From Bacteroidota bacterium (GTDB lineage: Bacteria > Bacteroidota > Bacteroidia > Chitinophagales > Chitinophagaceae): a stretch of 64,000 nt of DNA. Below the pieces are notes generated by a model. It saw only the letters and a program-made list of their open reading frames with translations, did no database searches and was not told where the DNA came from. The DNA is taken from positions 894-64,893 of the forward strand of contig JAGWVE010000003.1 in assembly GCA_018971025.1 (NCBI GenBank). The letters run 5' to 3'. Position numbers and translations under genes: made by a program. Shown one piece after another: positions 8,600 through 18,122 of the stretch (positions are counted from its first letter, which is position 1; each line of letters opens with the position of its first letter).

Positions 8600-10120
8600 T
8601 TAAATTAAAACATTACCGGTCATTTCTGCCGGTATTGGTAATTCCATTAATTGTAAAATAGTGGGTGCAATATCTCCAAGTTTACCTGGCTTAAGGTTCA
8701 CTTTTAAATTATTGTCCACTAGAAATAAAGGTACCAAATTTAATGTATGCGCCGTGTTAGGACTTCCGTCCTCGTTGATCATGTAATCAGCATTACCATG
8801 GTCTGCCGTAACAAGTAGGGTATACCCATGTGCAAGACCTGCTGTTACAACTCTTTCTACACAAGCGTCTACGGTTTCAATCGCTTTAATGGCTGCTTCA
8901 AATACACCGGTATGGCCCACCATGTCTGCATTTGCATAGTTAAGGCATATAAAATCTGCAGATTCGGCTTCTATTTCTGGCACCAATAAATCGGTGATGC
9001 CAACAGCACTCATTTCAGGTTGTAAGTCATAGGTAGCCACTTTTGGCGACGCCACCATAATTCTGTTTTCTCCTTCAAAAGGTTGTTCCCTACCGCCGCT
9101 AAAAAAGAAGGTAACGTGCGGATATTTTTCTGTCTCTGCTATTCTAATTTGCTTTTTACCATGTGCGGCCAACACTTCGCCTAATGTGTTTTGTAAATTA
9201 TCATTTTCAAATACTACATGTACACCTTTAAACGTTTGATCGTACTGTGTCATGGTGGTATAATGAAGTTGTAATGGCTGCATATTAAATGCAGGAAATG
9301 CTTGTTGTGTTAACACTTCAGTAATTTCTCTACAACGGTCTGTTCTAAAATTAAAACAGAATACTGCGTCGCCTTCTTTGATAGCTGCAACAGGTTCGTT
9401 ATTTTCTTTTACAATAACAGTAGGAAGTAAAAACTCGTCGGTGATGTCTGCAGCATACGCGGCTTCTAAAGCACTGGTAGCGCTTGTTGCACGTGGTCCT
9501 GCATTATGTACAAGGCAGTCGTATGCAAGCTTTACCCTTTCCCATCTTTTATCTCTGTCCATGGCGTAATAACGACCACTAATGGTTGCAATGGTGCCTA
9601 CACTATTTTGTAAATGTTGTGAGAGTGTGTTGATAAATCCAAGCCCACTTTTAGGGTCTGTGTCTCTACCATCTGTAAATGCATGAATGTAAACCTCGGT
9701 AAGTCCATTTGCTTTGCAATAATCACAAATAGCTGTTAGGTGATTGATATGTGCATGTACGCCACCGTCACTAACAAGCCCCATCAAGTGAAGTGGTTTG
9801 TTATTTGTTTTAGCGTACGTTACTGCTTCTAAAAATGTTGGGTTGTTTGCAAGCTCGCCCGTTTTAATGGCAACATTGATGCGTTGTAACTCTTGATATA
9901 CGATTCGGCCTGCGCCAATATTTAAGTGACCTACTTCTGAATTGCCCATTTGACCTTCTGGTAAGCCTACGTCTTCGCCACAAGTAACAAGTGTACTGTT
10001 TGCGTATTTTGTATAGAGGCTATTTACAAATGGTGTTTTTGATTGTTGGATGGCATCAGACATTTTTTTTGTACCAAGTCCCCATCCGTCCATAATGACG
10101 AGTATTACTTTGCGTTTCAT
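8600..10120 (-). CDS. gpmI: 2,3-bisphosphoglycerate-independent phosphoglycerate mutase
   Basis: Full-length 506 aa with MDGWG, GNSEVGH, DGGVH and ADHGNA motifs. Confidence 0.95.
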   Translation of the reverse strand: MKRKVILVIMDGWGLGTKKMSDAIQQSKTPFVNSLYTKYANSTLVTCGEDVGLPEGQMGNSEVGHLNIGAGRIVYQELQRINVAIKTGELANNPTFLEAVTYAKTNNKPLHLMGLVSDGGVHAHINHLTAICDYCKANGLTEVYIHAFTDGRDTDPKSGLGFINTLSQHLQNSVGTIATISGRYYAMDRDKRWERVKLAYDCLVHNAGPRATSATSALEAAYAADITDEFLLPTVIVKENNEPVAAIKEGDAVFCFNFRTDRCREITEVLTQQAFPAFNMQPLQLHYTTMTQYDQTFKGVHVVFENDNLQNTLGEVLAAHGKKQIRIAETEKYPHVTFFFSGGREQPFEGENRIMVASPKVATYDLQPEMSAVGITDLLVPEIEAESADFICLNYANADMVGHTGVFEAAIKAIETVDACVERVVTAGLAHGYTLLVTADHGNADYMINEDGSPNTAHTLNLVPLFLVDNNLKVNLKPGKLGDIAPTILQLMELPIPAEMTGNVLI

Positions 10121-10124
10121 ACTA

Positions 10125-10132
10125 CAAATTTA
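10125..10132 (-). promoter_or_regulatory. -7 box TAAATTTG, 4 nt before the ATG of gpmI
   Basis: Minus strand reads TAAATTTG-TAGT-ATG. Confidence 0.5.
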
Positions 10133-10200
10133 CAACCTTTATTTTTGAGGTAAAACGTCAATTTTAAAGGGTTTAGTAGTGTTAATTGCAGCATCTTAGT

Positions 10201-10208
10201 TATTTTTG
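10201..10208 (+). promoter_or_regulatory. -7 box TATTTTTG (DUF4783 gene)
   Basis: 23 nt upstream of the ATG at 10232. Confidence 0.45.
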
Positions 10209-10231
10209 GGTTAGTTATATAAAACCAGGCC

Positions 10232-10627
10232 ATGAAAAAGCGTTTATTAGTCCTTTTGTTTCCTTTATTGCTGTTAACGACGGCGTTTGAGGGACCATTT
10301 CAAGGCGATGCTGATCTGGTTATAGCAGCTTTAAAATCTGGTAATCCTGCAGAGATTGCAAAACATTTTGCTGTAGTAGTTGATATTAAATTTTTAGATG
10401 CGCCTGAAGATAAAATTGTAGCAGAAGAAAAGGCTGCCGAAAAATTGGCTGCTTTTTACACCGAATATAAAATCAAAGGATTTGAGCGCACTGCACAAAG
10501 AGAAATTGGCAATACCATGTACTTGACGGGTAAAATTAGCGGGGCTTCTAAAAATTATAATCTTACGCTGATGCTCATGAAAAAAAATGCAGCGCCTTAT
10601 CATATTGTAACCCTTCGTGTTAATTAA
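10232..10627 (+). CDS. DUF4783 domain-containing protein (secreted)
   Basis: Signal peptide. The size and sequence pattern (KSGNPAEIAKHF...FLD...YTEYKIKGF...TLMLMKKN...IVTLRV) resemble DUF4783. Confidence 0.6.
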   Translation: MKKRLLVLLFPLLLLTTAFEGPFQGDADLVIAALKSGNPAEIAKHFAVVVDIKFLDAPEDKIVAEEKAAEKLAAFYTEYKIKGFERTAQREIGNTMYLTGKISGASKNYNLTLMLMKKNAAPYHIVTLRVN

Positions 10628-10643
10628 TGACCATTTTATTTTC

Positions 10644-10988
10644 ATGAGTAAGAAAAATAAATCAGACGCAAGAGGGTTCATTTATAGTACCGATCCAAAT
10701 TTTAGCTTTGAGCCGGAGCAGGATGAATTACTTGAAACTTTACCGCCAGCCAAGCAACCACTTCGTATCCGGTTAGATACCAAACATAGAGCTGGTAAGG
10801 CTGTTACGCTAGTGACAGGATTTACGGGCATAAGCGATGACGCCGAAAAATTAGGCAAACAATTAAAAAATTTTTGCGGCACGGGCGGTTCGGTTAAAGA
10901 TGCCGAAATCATTGTACAAGGAGATCAGCGTGATAAAGTGCTACAGTGGTTATTAAAAAATGGGTATAGTGCTACTAAAAAAATATAG
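10644..10988 (+). CDS. translation initiation factor SUI1/YciH family
   Basis: LRIRLDTKHRAGKAVTLVTGF...GTGGSVKDAEIIVQGDQRDKV matches the SUI1 fold pattern. The ATG at 10644 is preferred over the track's earlier start. Confidence 0.8.
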   Translation: MSKKNKSDARGFIYSTDPNFSFEPEQDELLETLPPAKQPLRIRLDTKHRAGKAVTLVTGFTGISDDAEKLGKQLKNFCGTGGSVKDAEIIVQGDQRDKVLQWLLKNGYSATKKI

Positions 10989-11000
10989 CCCCCGACTATC

Positions 11001-12851
11001 TTAATAATCGATTTCTAATTTTAGTTTTTCTTTCAACTCTTTTAAAAGCGGATACTGCTCACTAATACGTTCAAATTTTTGTTTGCTGTTTAAGCGCATG
11101 TGAATGGGCACGTCTTCTTTTTCTGTGGCGTCAACAATAACGCTAAACTTTATTGACCTGTTATTAAACGTAGCAAATATTTGATCAATGAGCATCATGC
11201 GCTCTTGTTCAACAAATTTTTGAGCCGTTAAACCAGGCACACGAACTGTAAAATGAATATCATTTTCTATTTCAAGCACTGCCATTTTAAAGGTTCCAGC
11301 TGCAGAGTGTTTTTGTTGTGCTTCTAGGGTGGATCCATATGCGTCCCAACAAGCCCTGAGCTTTTCCATGTTTAAGGATTCGGCTTCTTTAACTTCTTCA
11401 ATGGCGTATTGATCGCCATATTTTTCTCGTAAAGCAGTTAATAGGTTCTTTTTTGGGCCTGCAGCTTGAGCGGGTATTGTGCTGGCTGCTTTTGAAGGGG
11501 CGGCTGGCGCTTCACTGCTAACAGGTGCAGCAGCTGGCATGGTAGCTTGTGTTGGCGTTGTTATTTGCGCCGCAGCTGCAACCGGCATACTTGGAGCCAC
11601 ACTTGTATCTATCGAAAGACTTGGTTTGTTAGTAGTTGTATTATTTGGAGGGGTAATAACTTGTATAGAAGGGATGCTTCTTGTTTTGATGGCTACTGGT
11701 CCATCAATCCGTTTTTTTTTTACGATGGAACCATTTTCTGAAGCAAGCTCTATCGCTTCTTGTAAAAAATTGAGTTTAATGAGTGTGAGTTCTACGTGTA
11801 ATCTTTTGTTACGCGCCATTTTATAATTGATCTCCGCTTCATTTAAAATATTCAGCGCACTCACTAAATAAGACATACCCATCGCAGCTGCTGCAGAAAT
11901 ATATTTTTCTTGCATGCCTTCAACAACTTCTAATAAAGGGGCCGATTTAGGGTCTTTACAAACTAGTATATTACGAATGAATTCCGCAAAACCATTGAGT
12001 ACCATATCTCCTTCAAATCCTTTTCTATTGATTTCATCGTAAAGGATCATAGATGCCGCCAAATCCTTGGCCTGCATGCTTTCTAGCATTTTAAAGAAAT
12101 AATCTTCGTCTAAAATATTTAAATGCTCAAGGGTATTCTGATAGGTTAAACTGCCGCCCGTAAAACTTACTATTTTATCTAAAATGCTCAGTGAGTCACG
12201 CATACAGCCTTCGCTTTTTTGCGCAATCACTTGCAGTGCAGCGCGCTCGGCTTTAATAGATTCTTTACCAGCAATTTCTTCTAGGTGTTCTACGGTGTCG
12301 TTGTTGGTGATTCTTTTAAAATCAAAAATTTGACAACGACTTAATATGGTAGGAAGTATTTTATGTTTTTCGGTGGTCGCTAAAATAAATATCGCATAAG
12401 AAGGCGGTTCTTCTAATGTTTTTAAAAATGCATTAAAGGCACTGGCACTAAGCATGTGTACCTCATCTACAATATAAACCTTGTACTTACCAGCCTGGGG
12501 TGCAAATCTAACCTGCTCTACCAGCGATCTAATATCATCTACCGAGTTGTTACTTGCCGCATCCAGCTCATGAATATTTAAGGAAGTGCCAGCATCAAAA
12601 GATACGCAACTGTTACAGGTGTTACAAGCTTCGCCATCTGGAGTTGGGCTTGTACAGTTAATGGTTTTAGCTAAAATTCTGGCACACGTTGTTTTACCCA
12701 CACCTCTTGGTCCACAAAACAAAAACGCGTGCGCGAGTTGGTTGTTTTTGATGGCGTTTTTAAGGGTTGTCGTAATATGCGATTGCCCAACAACGGTATT
12801 AAAGTTTTGGGGTCTATACTTACGGGCCGAAACAACAAAATGATTTTCCAT
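11001..12851 (-). CDS. dnaX: DNA polymerase III subunit gamma/tau
   Basis: ARKYRPQNF, Walker A GPRGVGKTT, Zn module CNTCNSC, DEVHML, SRC motif (LSRCQ). The C-terminal half is an A/P/T-rich linker plus a tau domain. ATG at 12851. Confidence 0.95.
   Translation of the reverse strand: MENHFVVSARKYRPQNFNTVVGQSHITTTLKNAIKNNQLAHAFLFCGPRGVGKTTCARILAKTINCTSPTPDGEACNTCNSCVSFDAGTSLNIHELDAASNNSVDDIRSLVEQVRFAPQAGKYKVYIVDEVHMLSASAFNAFLKTLEEPPSYAIFILATTEKHKILPTILSRCQIFDFKRITNNDTVEHLEEIAGKESIKAERAALQVIAQKSEGCMRDSLSILDKIVSFTGGSLTYQNTLEHLNILDEDYFFKMLESMQAKDLAASMILYDEINRKGFEGDMVLNGFAEFIRNILVCKDPKSAPLLEVVEGMQEKYISAAAAMGMSYLVSALNILNEAEINYKMARNKRLHVELTLIKLNFLQEAIELASENGSIVKKKRIDGPVAIKTRSIPSIQVITPPNNTTTNKPSLSIDTSVAPSMPVAAAAQITTPTQATMPAAAPVSSEAPAAPSKAASTIPAQAAGPKKNLLTALREKYGDQYAIEEVKEAESLNMEKLRACWDAYGSTLEAQQKHSAAGTFKMAVLEIENDIHFTVRVPGLTAQKFVEQERMMLIDQIFATFNNRSIKFSVIVDATEKEDVPIHMRLNSKQKFERISEQYPLLKELKEKLKLEIDY
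11686..11723 (-). other. candidate recoding signal in dnaX: A10 slippery run plus 7-bp hairpin 4 nt downstream
   Basis: Minus strand reads GTA AAA AAA AAA CGG A-TTGATGG-ACCAGTAG-CCATCAA. The -1 frame stops after 2 codons (TGA). The +1 frame stops after 6 codons (TAG). Confidence 0.55.
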
Positions 12852-12927
12852 AACAGGGTTGCAATATAAGCACAACGGCAGGCTTACCCTTATCTAAACC
12901 CCACCTTTTTTGCACATGGGTATAATT

Positions 12928-14100
12928 TTAGCCATACACCATTTCTGGGTGACGCTCAAAGGGCTTAGTGGCGTCAAAAAGACACCTAAAAGTGACCATT
13001 CTGCGACTAGGTGTAGCGCCTAAGCTCTTATAAATATTGAGCATTTTTGGGTTCCAATCGCCAGCCCATCCCATTTCATAACGGTCGTACCAATCTTTGT
13101 TTTTAATGAGTAAAGAGCATTCTTGAATCATGAAGCTATCAATGCCAAGAGATTGGTATTTAGGTACAATGCCAAAAGCCAGTCCAGTTAACTGTTTGTT
13201 TTTTCCCGTTTTTGTCATGTATAACAAACGAAGTTTTTCGAACCACCCAAGTTTACCATTAAAATGTTTGAAATATTGGTTGAGGTCAGGGATGTTAATG
13301 AACATACCAATAGGTTCTGCTTTGTAATAGGCAAACCAAATTAGGCGCTCATCCATGATAGGTTTCATGGTTTTAAAAAGCTTGATCACTTGTTCTTTGG
13401 TAATTTCTTTGGCCTCACCATGTTGTGCCCATGCGGCGTTGTACACGGTTGCAAAATCGCCGGCATATTTTTCAAGCTCACTTAATTTAACATGCTTGGC
13501 TACATAGTCGGGCTTTGCTGCAAACCGCGCATGTCTTTCAGGAAACCTACTAGGAAGTTCGTCCTTAACGCTCATGGCGTAATAGAACTGGTTATAATAA
13601 TTTTGAAAACCGTAGTTGGTAAAAAGTGTTTCGTAGTATTCAGGATTGTAAGACATGCCATACATGGGTGGCTTATCAAAACCTTCTACCATCAAGCCCC
13701 ACCACTTGTCTCTGTCTCCAAAATTAATGGGGCCATCCATGGCTTCCATCCCTTTTTGTGTAAGCCAATCTTTGGCGGTATCAAATAATAAATTAGCAGC
13801 CGCCTGGTCATTGATGCAATCAAAAAAACCAACGCCTCCCGTTTTAAATTCAGTTCCTTTATTGATATATTTTGAATTGGTAAATGCTGCAATACGACCT
13901 ACAAGTGAACCATCGTCTGTTTCCAAGATCCATCTTTTTGCTTCTCCGTATTTAAAATTTTTATTTTTAAGTGGATCAAATACGTCGTTAACCTCATTGT
14001 TAAGCGGTCTAATATAATTTGGGTTACCTGCATTGATCAAGGCTTGCACTTCTAAAAAATCTTGTGCGGTAGCTGCGTTTGTTACTTCAATTAAATGCAT
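12928..14100 (-). CDS. conserved hypothetical protein, possibly GNAT-like acyltransferase fold
   Basis: A clean 390-aa ORF with its own TAACTTTG promoter box. My recollection that Bacteroidota homologues are annotated as GNAT-family proteins is weak, and I saw no diagnostic motif. Confidence 0.5.
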   Translation of the reverse strand: MHLIEVTNAATAQDFLEVQALINAGNPNYIRPLNNEVNDVFDPLKNKNFKYGEAKRWILETDDGSLVGRIAAFTNSKYINKGTEFKTGGVGFFDCINDQAAANLLFDTAKDWLTQKGMEAMDGPINFGDRDKWWGLMVEGFDKPPMYGMSYNPEYYETLFTNYGFQNYYNQFYYAMSVKDELPSRFPERHARFAAKPDYVAKHVKLSELEKYAGDFATVYNAAWAQHGEAKEITKEQVIKLFKTMKPIMDERLIWFAYYKAEPIGMFINIPDLNQYFKHFNGKLGWFEKLRLLYMTKTGKNKQLTGLAFGIVPKYQSLGIDSFMIQECSLLIKNKDWYDRYEMGWAGDWNPKMLNIYKSLGATPSRRMVTFRCLFDATKPFERHPEMVYG

Positions 14101-14116
14101 TTGAAATTCTTTGATT

Positions 14117-14124
14117 CAAAGTTA
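14117..14124 (-). promoter_or_regulatory. -7 box TAACTTTG (390-aa hypothetical gene)
   Basis: 16 nt upstream of the ATG at 14100 (minus strand). Confidence 0.45.
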
Positions 14125-14135
14125 GGATAAGGTTT

Positions 14136-15701
14136 TTAGAGTTGGGGCTCTTCTTTTCTAAAAAGAATACGCACCATTTTTTCATCCAAATCGTAAATGT
14201 CTTTTCTAAATTGTAATATACCATTGCTATCTACCCAGCTTGTAAAATAGGCGATAAAAACAGGAATCGTTTTTTTAAGCGTCACCCATTTTTCTTTTTG
14301 CTGGTGCATGGCAGTATCGATTTTAATAGCGGTCCAACTGGTATCATTTCTAAGCAGGTAGCCTGCCATTTTACGGGCGTCACCTAGTCTAATGCAGCCA
14401 TGACTAAAACTCCTATTTTGTTTAGCAAAAAGATGCTTGCCGGGCGTATCGTGTAAATAAATATTGTAGGGGTTGGGGAATAAAAATTTTACAAGACCTA
14501 GGGAGTTGTTTTCTCCTGGTAATTGTCTGATTGTGGGTATATCGCCAGGGGTTGTGATCTCCATATTTTTTTCTGCCAAATAGTTTTTATTTTTTCTTAT
14601 GCCAGGTAAAATTTCCGCTTTCACAATGCTTGGTGGCACATTCCAGTAAGGGCTAAAAACCACGTAGCGCATGCGGTTGCTAAATATGACGGTATTATTG
14701 GATTCTGATCCAACAATAACGGGCATTTTAAATTGAATTTTACTACTATCAAAAACAAGTAATTGATAGGCAGGAATATTTACAACTATGTAATTGCTAT
14801 CTAGCATGGCGGGCATCCAGCGTAAGCGCTCTACATTAATACCAATGGTATTGACATAGTCCTGAATGGGTGTGCCAATAGCTTTTAATAAAGCTTTGTC
14901 AATAATACTGGTAGAAGGGAGTCCCATTCTTTCCTGGAATTTATTAATGGCAATGCCAAGCGTATTGCTATACAACGATGTTGTATCTGTACTTTTAAAA
15001 TCTCCCAATAAACGGAGTTTCTTTTTTATTTGTCTGATAACCGGCACCATTTCGCCCTTCGTTATTTTTATATTGGAGGCGCTGATATGTATGCCTGTGT
15101 CAAACGTTGCAACAGCAGATAAGTTTACGAAATTTTCGAGTAGTTGTTTAAAGTTCTGACTGCCGGTATTAAATCCCATTTTGGTAGCAGGGCTAAGCCA
15201 GTTTTTTAATTGGTTGGAGAGGCTAAGGGTTTGTTTTGGGATGAGCCAGTTAACCGCGCTAGGATCAATGCTACTAGGGGTTAGCCATTTGTTTGCATAG
15301 CCAAAAAAGGAAAGGCTTAAAGACAATTCAATATTTGTTGCTGCATTGCTTTGTAAAAAATTTTGCTTCGTTAATTGAAGGATAAAACTACTATCAATCG
15401 TATTTGGCGAAAGTTTGTTTACGTGCGTTATAAATTCTTTGGTTGTTTGTTTGATACCCTTAGACTGAATCCAAACATATTGGTGTTTGTTGGACGTGTA
15501 AAATTCTTTTAGGGCAGTGCTAAATTTTTCTGCTACTTGGTTTTTAGCAATAAAAGAATCTATGGAAGCTTCTGTGATACTGTCTTGTAGTTGTGCCGAA
15601 TAAAAATTACCCCAGCTATTTGTAGCGCCTGTGAGGGTTATCGCAATAAGCAACAAACCCATTATTAAACGACTGCGTAAATTTGAATAGGTTGCTTGCA
15701 T
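14136..15701 (-). CDS. L,D-transpeptidase family protein (YkuD domain with peptidoglycan-binding region)
   Basis: Catalytic motif SFSHGCIRL near the C-terminus, a PG_binding-like segment (INKFQERMGLPSTSIIDKALLKAI), and a signal peptide. Confidence 0.8.
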   Translation of the reverse strand: MQATYSNLRSRLIMGLLLIAITLTGATNSWGNFYSAQLQDSITEASIDSFIAKNQVAEKFSTALKEFYTSNKHQYVWIQSKGIKQTTKEFITHVNKLSPNTIDSSFILQLTKQNFLQSNAATNIELSLSLSFFGYANKWLTPSSIDPSAVNWLIPKQTLSLSNQLKNWLSPATKMGFNTGSQNFKQLLENFVNLSAVATFDTGIHISASNIKITKGEMVPVIRQIKKKLRLLGDFKSTDTTSLYSNTLGIAINKFQERMGLPSTSIIDKALLKAIGTPIQDYVNTIGINVERLRWMPAMLDSNYIVVNIPAYQLLVFDSSKIQFKMPVIVGSESNNTVIFSNRMRYVVFSPYWNVPPSIVKAEILPGIRKNKNYLAEKNMEITTPGDIPTIRQLPGENNSLGLVKFLFPNPYNIYLHDTPGKHLFAKQNRSFSHGCIRLGDARKMAGYLLRNDTSWTAIKIDTAMHQQKEKWVTLKKTIPVFIAYFTSWVDSNGILQFRKDIYDLDEKMVRILFRKEEPQL

Positions 15702-15721
15702 GCAGTTATTTATTGGTGCGT

Positions 15722-16429
15722 TTAATTTTTATAGATAAGTAAAGCGGCCGCCACCATGCCAGCTGTTTCTGTTCTAAGTCTTGTGCTACCAAGGCTTACC
15801 GGGCTGTAGTTGGCACTTAGTGCTGTTTCAATTTCAGTGGGCGTAAAATCACCTTCTGGTCCAATTAAGATACTGGTATCGTTGCTATTTGCAATGTCTT
15901 TGAGTTCTGTTTTATTGCTTTCTTCGCAATGTGCAATAAGCTTTTGTTCCGATGGATGTTCTTTAATAAAAGCAGCTACTGTTAACGGTTCCGTTAATAC
16001 CGGAAGCCATGTTTGTTTGCTTTGAATAAGTGCTGCAACAAGTACCCCTTGCATGCGATCTTGTTTGAGGTTAGACCGCTCGCTTCGCTCGCAAATTAAC
16101 GGGACAATTTTTGTCACGCCCATTTCTGTCGCTTTTTCTAAAAACCATTCAAAGCGCCCCGTATTTTTTAAAAGACCAATGGCAATGCAAACATTTTTTT
16201 GTGGACGAGGCGTATGCACTACTGTATCAATTTTTACCACCGTATTTTTCTTGTCGGGCTCCACAATGCTTGCTGTATATAGGTTTCCGACACCATCTGT
16301 TAGATGCAGGCTTTCGCCGGCGCGCATACGCAGTACTTGAATGCAGTGTTTTGACGTCAGTTCACTTAATGCAAAGTGGGTAATTGACGCTTCAATGCTT
16401 GGTTCAAAAAAATAGGGTAGTGCCGACAT
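15722..16429 (-). CDS. rsmE: 16S rRNA (uracil1498-N3)-methyltransferase
   Basis: 235 aa. RsmE pattern (HCIQVLRMRAGESLHLTDG...GPEGDFTPTEI...SLGSTRLRTETA). Confidence 0.85.
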   Translation of the reverse strand: MSALPYFFEPSIEASITHFALSELTSKHCIQVLRMRAGESLHLTDGVGNLYTASIVEPDKKNTVVKIDTVVHTPRPQKNVCIAIGLLKNTGRFEWFLEKATEMGVTKIVPLICERSERSNLKQDRMQGVLVAALIQSKQTWLPVLTEPLTVAAFIKEHPSEQKLIAHCEESNKTELKDIANSNDTSILIGPEGDFTPTEIETALSANYSPVSLGSTRLRTETAGMVAAALLIYKN

Positions 16430-16451
16430 GATATGCTAAAAAGTAGTAAAA

Positions 16452-18020
16452 TTAAAACGGTGTTTCGTTGTCAAATCCTTCATCAAAATCACCCTCATTC
16501 ATTTTGCTTTCTTTTTGAATAAATAGCTTAGCGCTGTCTTGTGCACCTGTGCCAGCGGTACTTCCAGGGGCTACGGGTTTCCAATTGCTGGTGCCAAATC
16601 CAGAACCATCACCATCCCATTCTTCAAATTTTTGAATGTCAAGTTTGGCGCGAAGTTTAATGGTGTCGAGTTGACCGTTTCTATGTTTTGCAATTCTTAC
16701 GTGCGTTTCTCCATGCGTGCTTTCGCCCATATCGTTACTCATTACTTCGTAATATTCTGGACGGTAAATGAACATTACCATATCGGCGTCTTGTTCAATC
16801 GCACCCGATTCACGAAGGTCACTCAACTGCGGCATTTTACTTTCCTTTCTTGTTTCCACTGCACGACTCAATTGTGATAACGCTACTATTGGAATGTTTA
16901 ATTCTTTGGCAAGCGCTTTTAAACTTCGAGAGATATTTGAAATTTCTTGTTCACGGTTATTGTTTCTGTCACCACTACCACTCATCAATTGTAGGTAGTC
17001 AATAATGATAATGCCAACCTTGTGTTTGTTTACAAGTCTGCGGGCTTTGGCTCTAAATTCAAAAATATTTAAAGCGGCAGTGTCATCAATGTAAAGTGGT
17101 GCACGCTCTAATTTTTTTAATCCCTTTGCGTGTAGTTGTTGGTATTCATAATCTTCTAGTTTACCCCTAGAAATTTTTTCCATTTTAATTTCACTCTCTG
17201 CACTTAAAATACGTTGTACAAGCTGTGGCGCACTCATCTCTAACGAGAAAAACCCAACAGGGATAGGCTTTGTAGGGTGTAATGCTGCGTTACGTGCTAG
17301 GTTAAGAGCGAAAGCGGTTTTACCCACAGATGGTCTTGCCGCAAGGATAATTAAATCGGTAGGTTGCCATCCGTATGTGATACGGTCTAGTGTTGGGAAG
17401 CCACTTGGTACACCAGAAATATCTTCTGTTTTGGTACGTAATTCATCAATACGGTTGATGGTTTTTGCTAGTACTTGACCTATTTCTTCAAAATTCTTTT
17501 TAAGATAATTGTTGGTGATGTTAAACATTTTTGTTTCACTCTCATCCAGTAAATCAAAAACGTCGGTGCTGTCTTCGTAAGCGTCTCCAATAATTTCACC
17601 ACTAATTCTGATCAGTTCACGCTGAATAAATTTTTGTAAAATAATTCTTGCGTGCGCGTCAATGTTAGCGGCCGATACCACCGAGTTGGTAAGCTTGGTA
17701 ATTTGGTAAGGTCCACCTACAAGGTCGAGTTCATTTTTTGATTTTAGGCCTTCTACCACCGTTAAAATATCGATAGGCACACTATCATTTTGCAGTTGCT
17801 GCATCACTTTAAAAATCAGCTGATGCGCTTCTACATAAAAACATTCGGGCTTGATAATTTCTGATACGGTATCAAAAGCGCTTTTTTCAAGCATGATGGC
17901 ACCTAGTACCGCCTCCTCTAATTCTTTTGCTTGCGGGGGCACTTTGCCATAGAGCATACTGCTCATGTCGATAGATGGCTTTCTGGTTTTGCGGTTGGTA
18001 TTGGTAATCTTAACGTCCAT
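16452..18020 (-). CDS. dnaB: replicative DNA helicase
   Basis: PPQAKELEEAVLGAIM N-terminal domain, Walker A ARPSVGKTAFALN, IIIDYLQLM, LSQLSRAVE. Confidence 0.95.
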   Translation of the reverse strand: MDVKITNTNRKTRKPSIDMSSMLYGKVPPQAKELEEAVLGAIMLEKSAFDTVSEIIKPECFYVEAHQLIFKVMQQLQNDSVPIDILTVVEGLKSKNELDLVGGPYQITKLTNSVVSAANIDAHARIILQKFIQRELIRISGEIIGDAYEDSTDVFDLLDESETKMFNITNNYLKKNFEEIGQVLAKTINRIDELRTKTEDISGVPSGFPTLDRITYGWQPTDLIILAARPSVGKTAFALNLARNAALHPTKPIPVGFFSLEMSAPQLVQRILSAESEIKMEKISRGKLEDYEYQQLHAKGLKKLERAPLYIDDTAALNIFEFRAKARRLVNKHKVGIIIIDYLQLMSGSGDRNNNREQEISNISRSLKALAKELNIPIVALSQLSRAVETRKESKMPQLSDLRESGAIEQDADMVMFIYRPEYYEVMSNDMGESTHGETHVRIAKHRNGQLDTIKLRAKLDIQKFEEWDGDGSGFGTSNWKPVAPGSTAGTGAQDSAKLFIQKESKMNEGDFDEGFDNETPF

Positions 18021-18122
18021 TTTTAGCTTGCTTTACAAAGGCGAATAATTACTGCATTTGATGCAGAACAGAGCGAATATGCATCAAGATTTGCGCTTTT
18101 TCAAGTATTTCTTCGCTATTTT

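Noticed and set aside
11479-11826. A 115-aa plus-strand ORF opposite the A/P/T-rich linker of dnaX.
   Set aside because: It is the mirror image of a low-complexity GC-rich segment, where stop codons are depleted on both strands.
12852-12927. Possible SRP RNA (ffs) upstream of dnaX, a common neighbour in other phyla.
   Set aside because: The spacer is only 76 nt and I could not find the conserved SRP domain-IV motif or a long helical structure.
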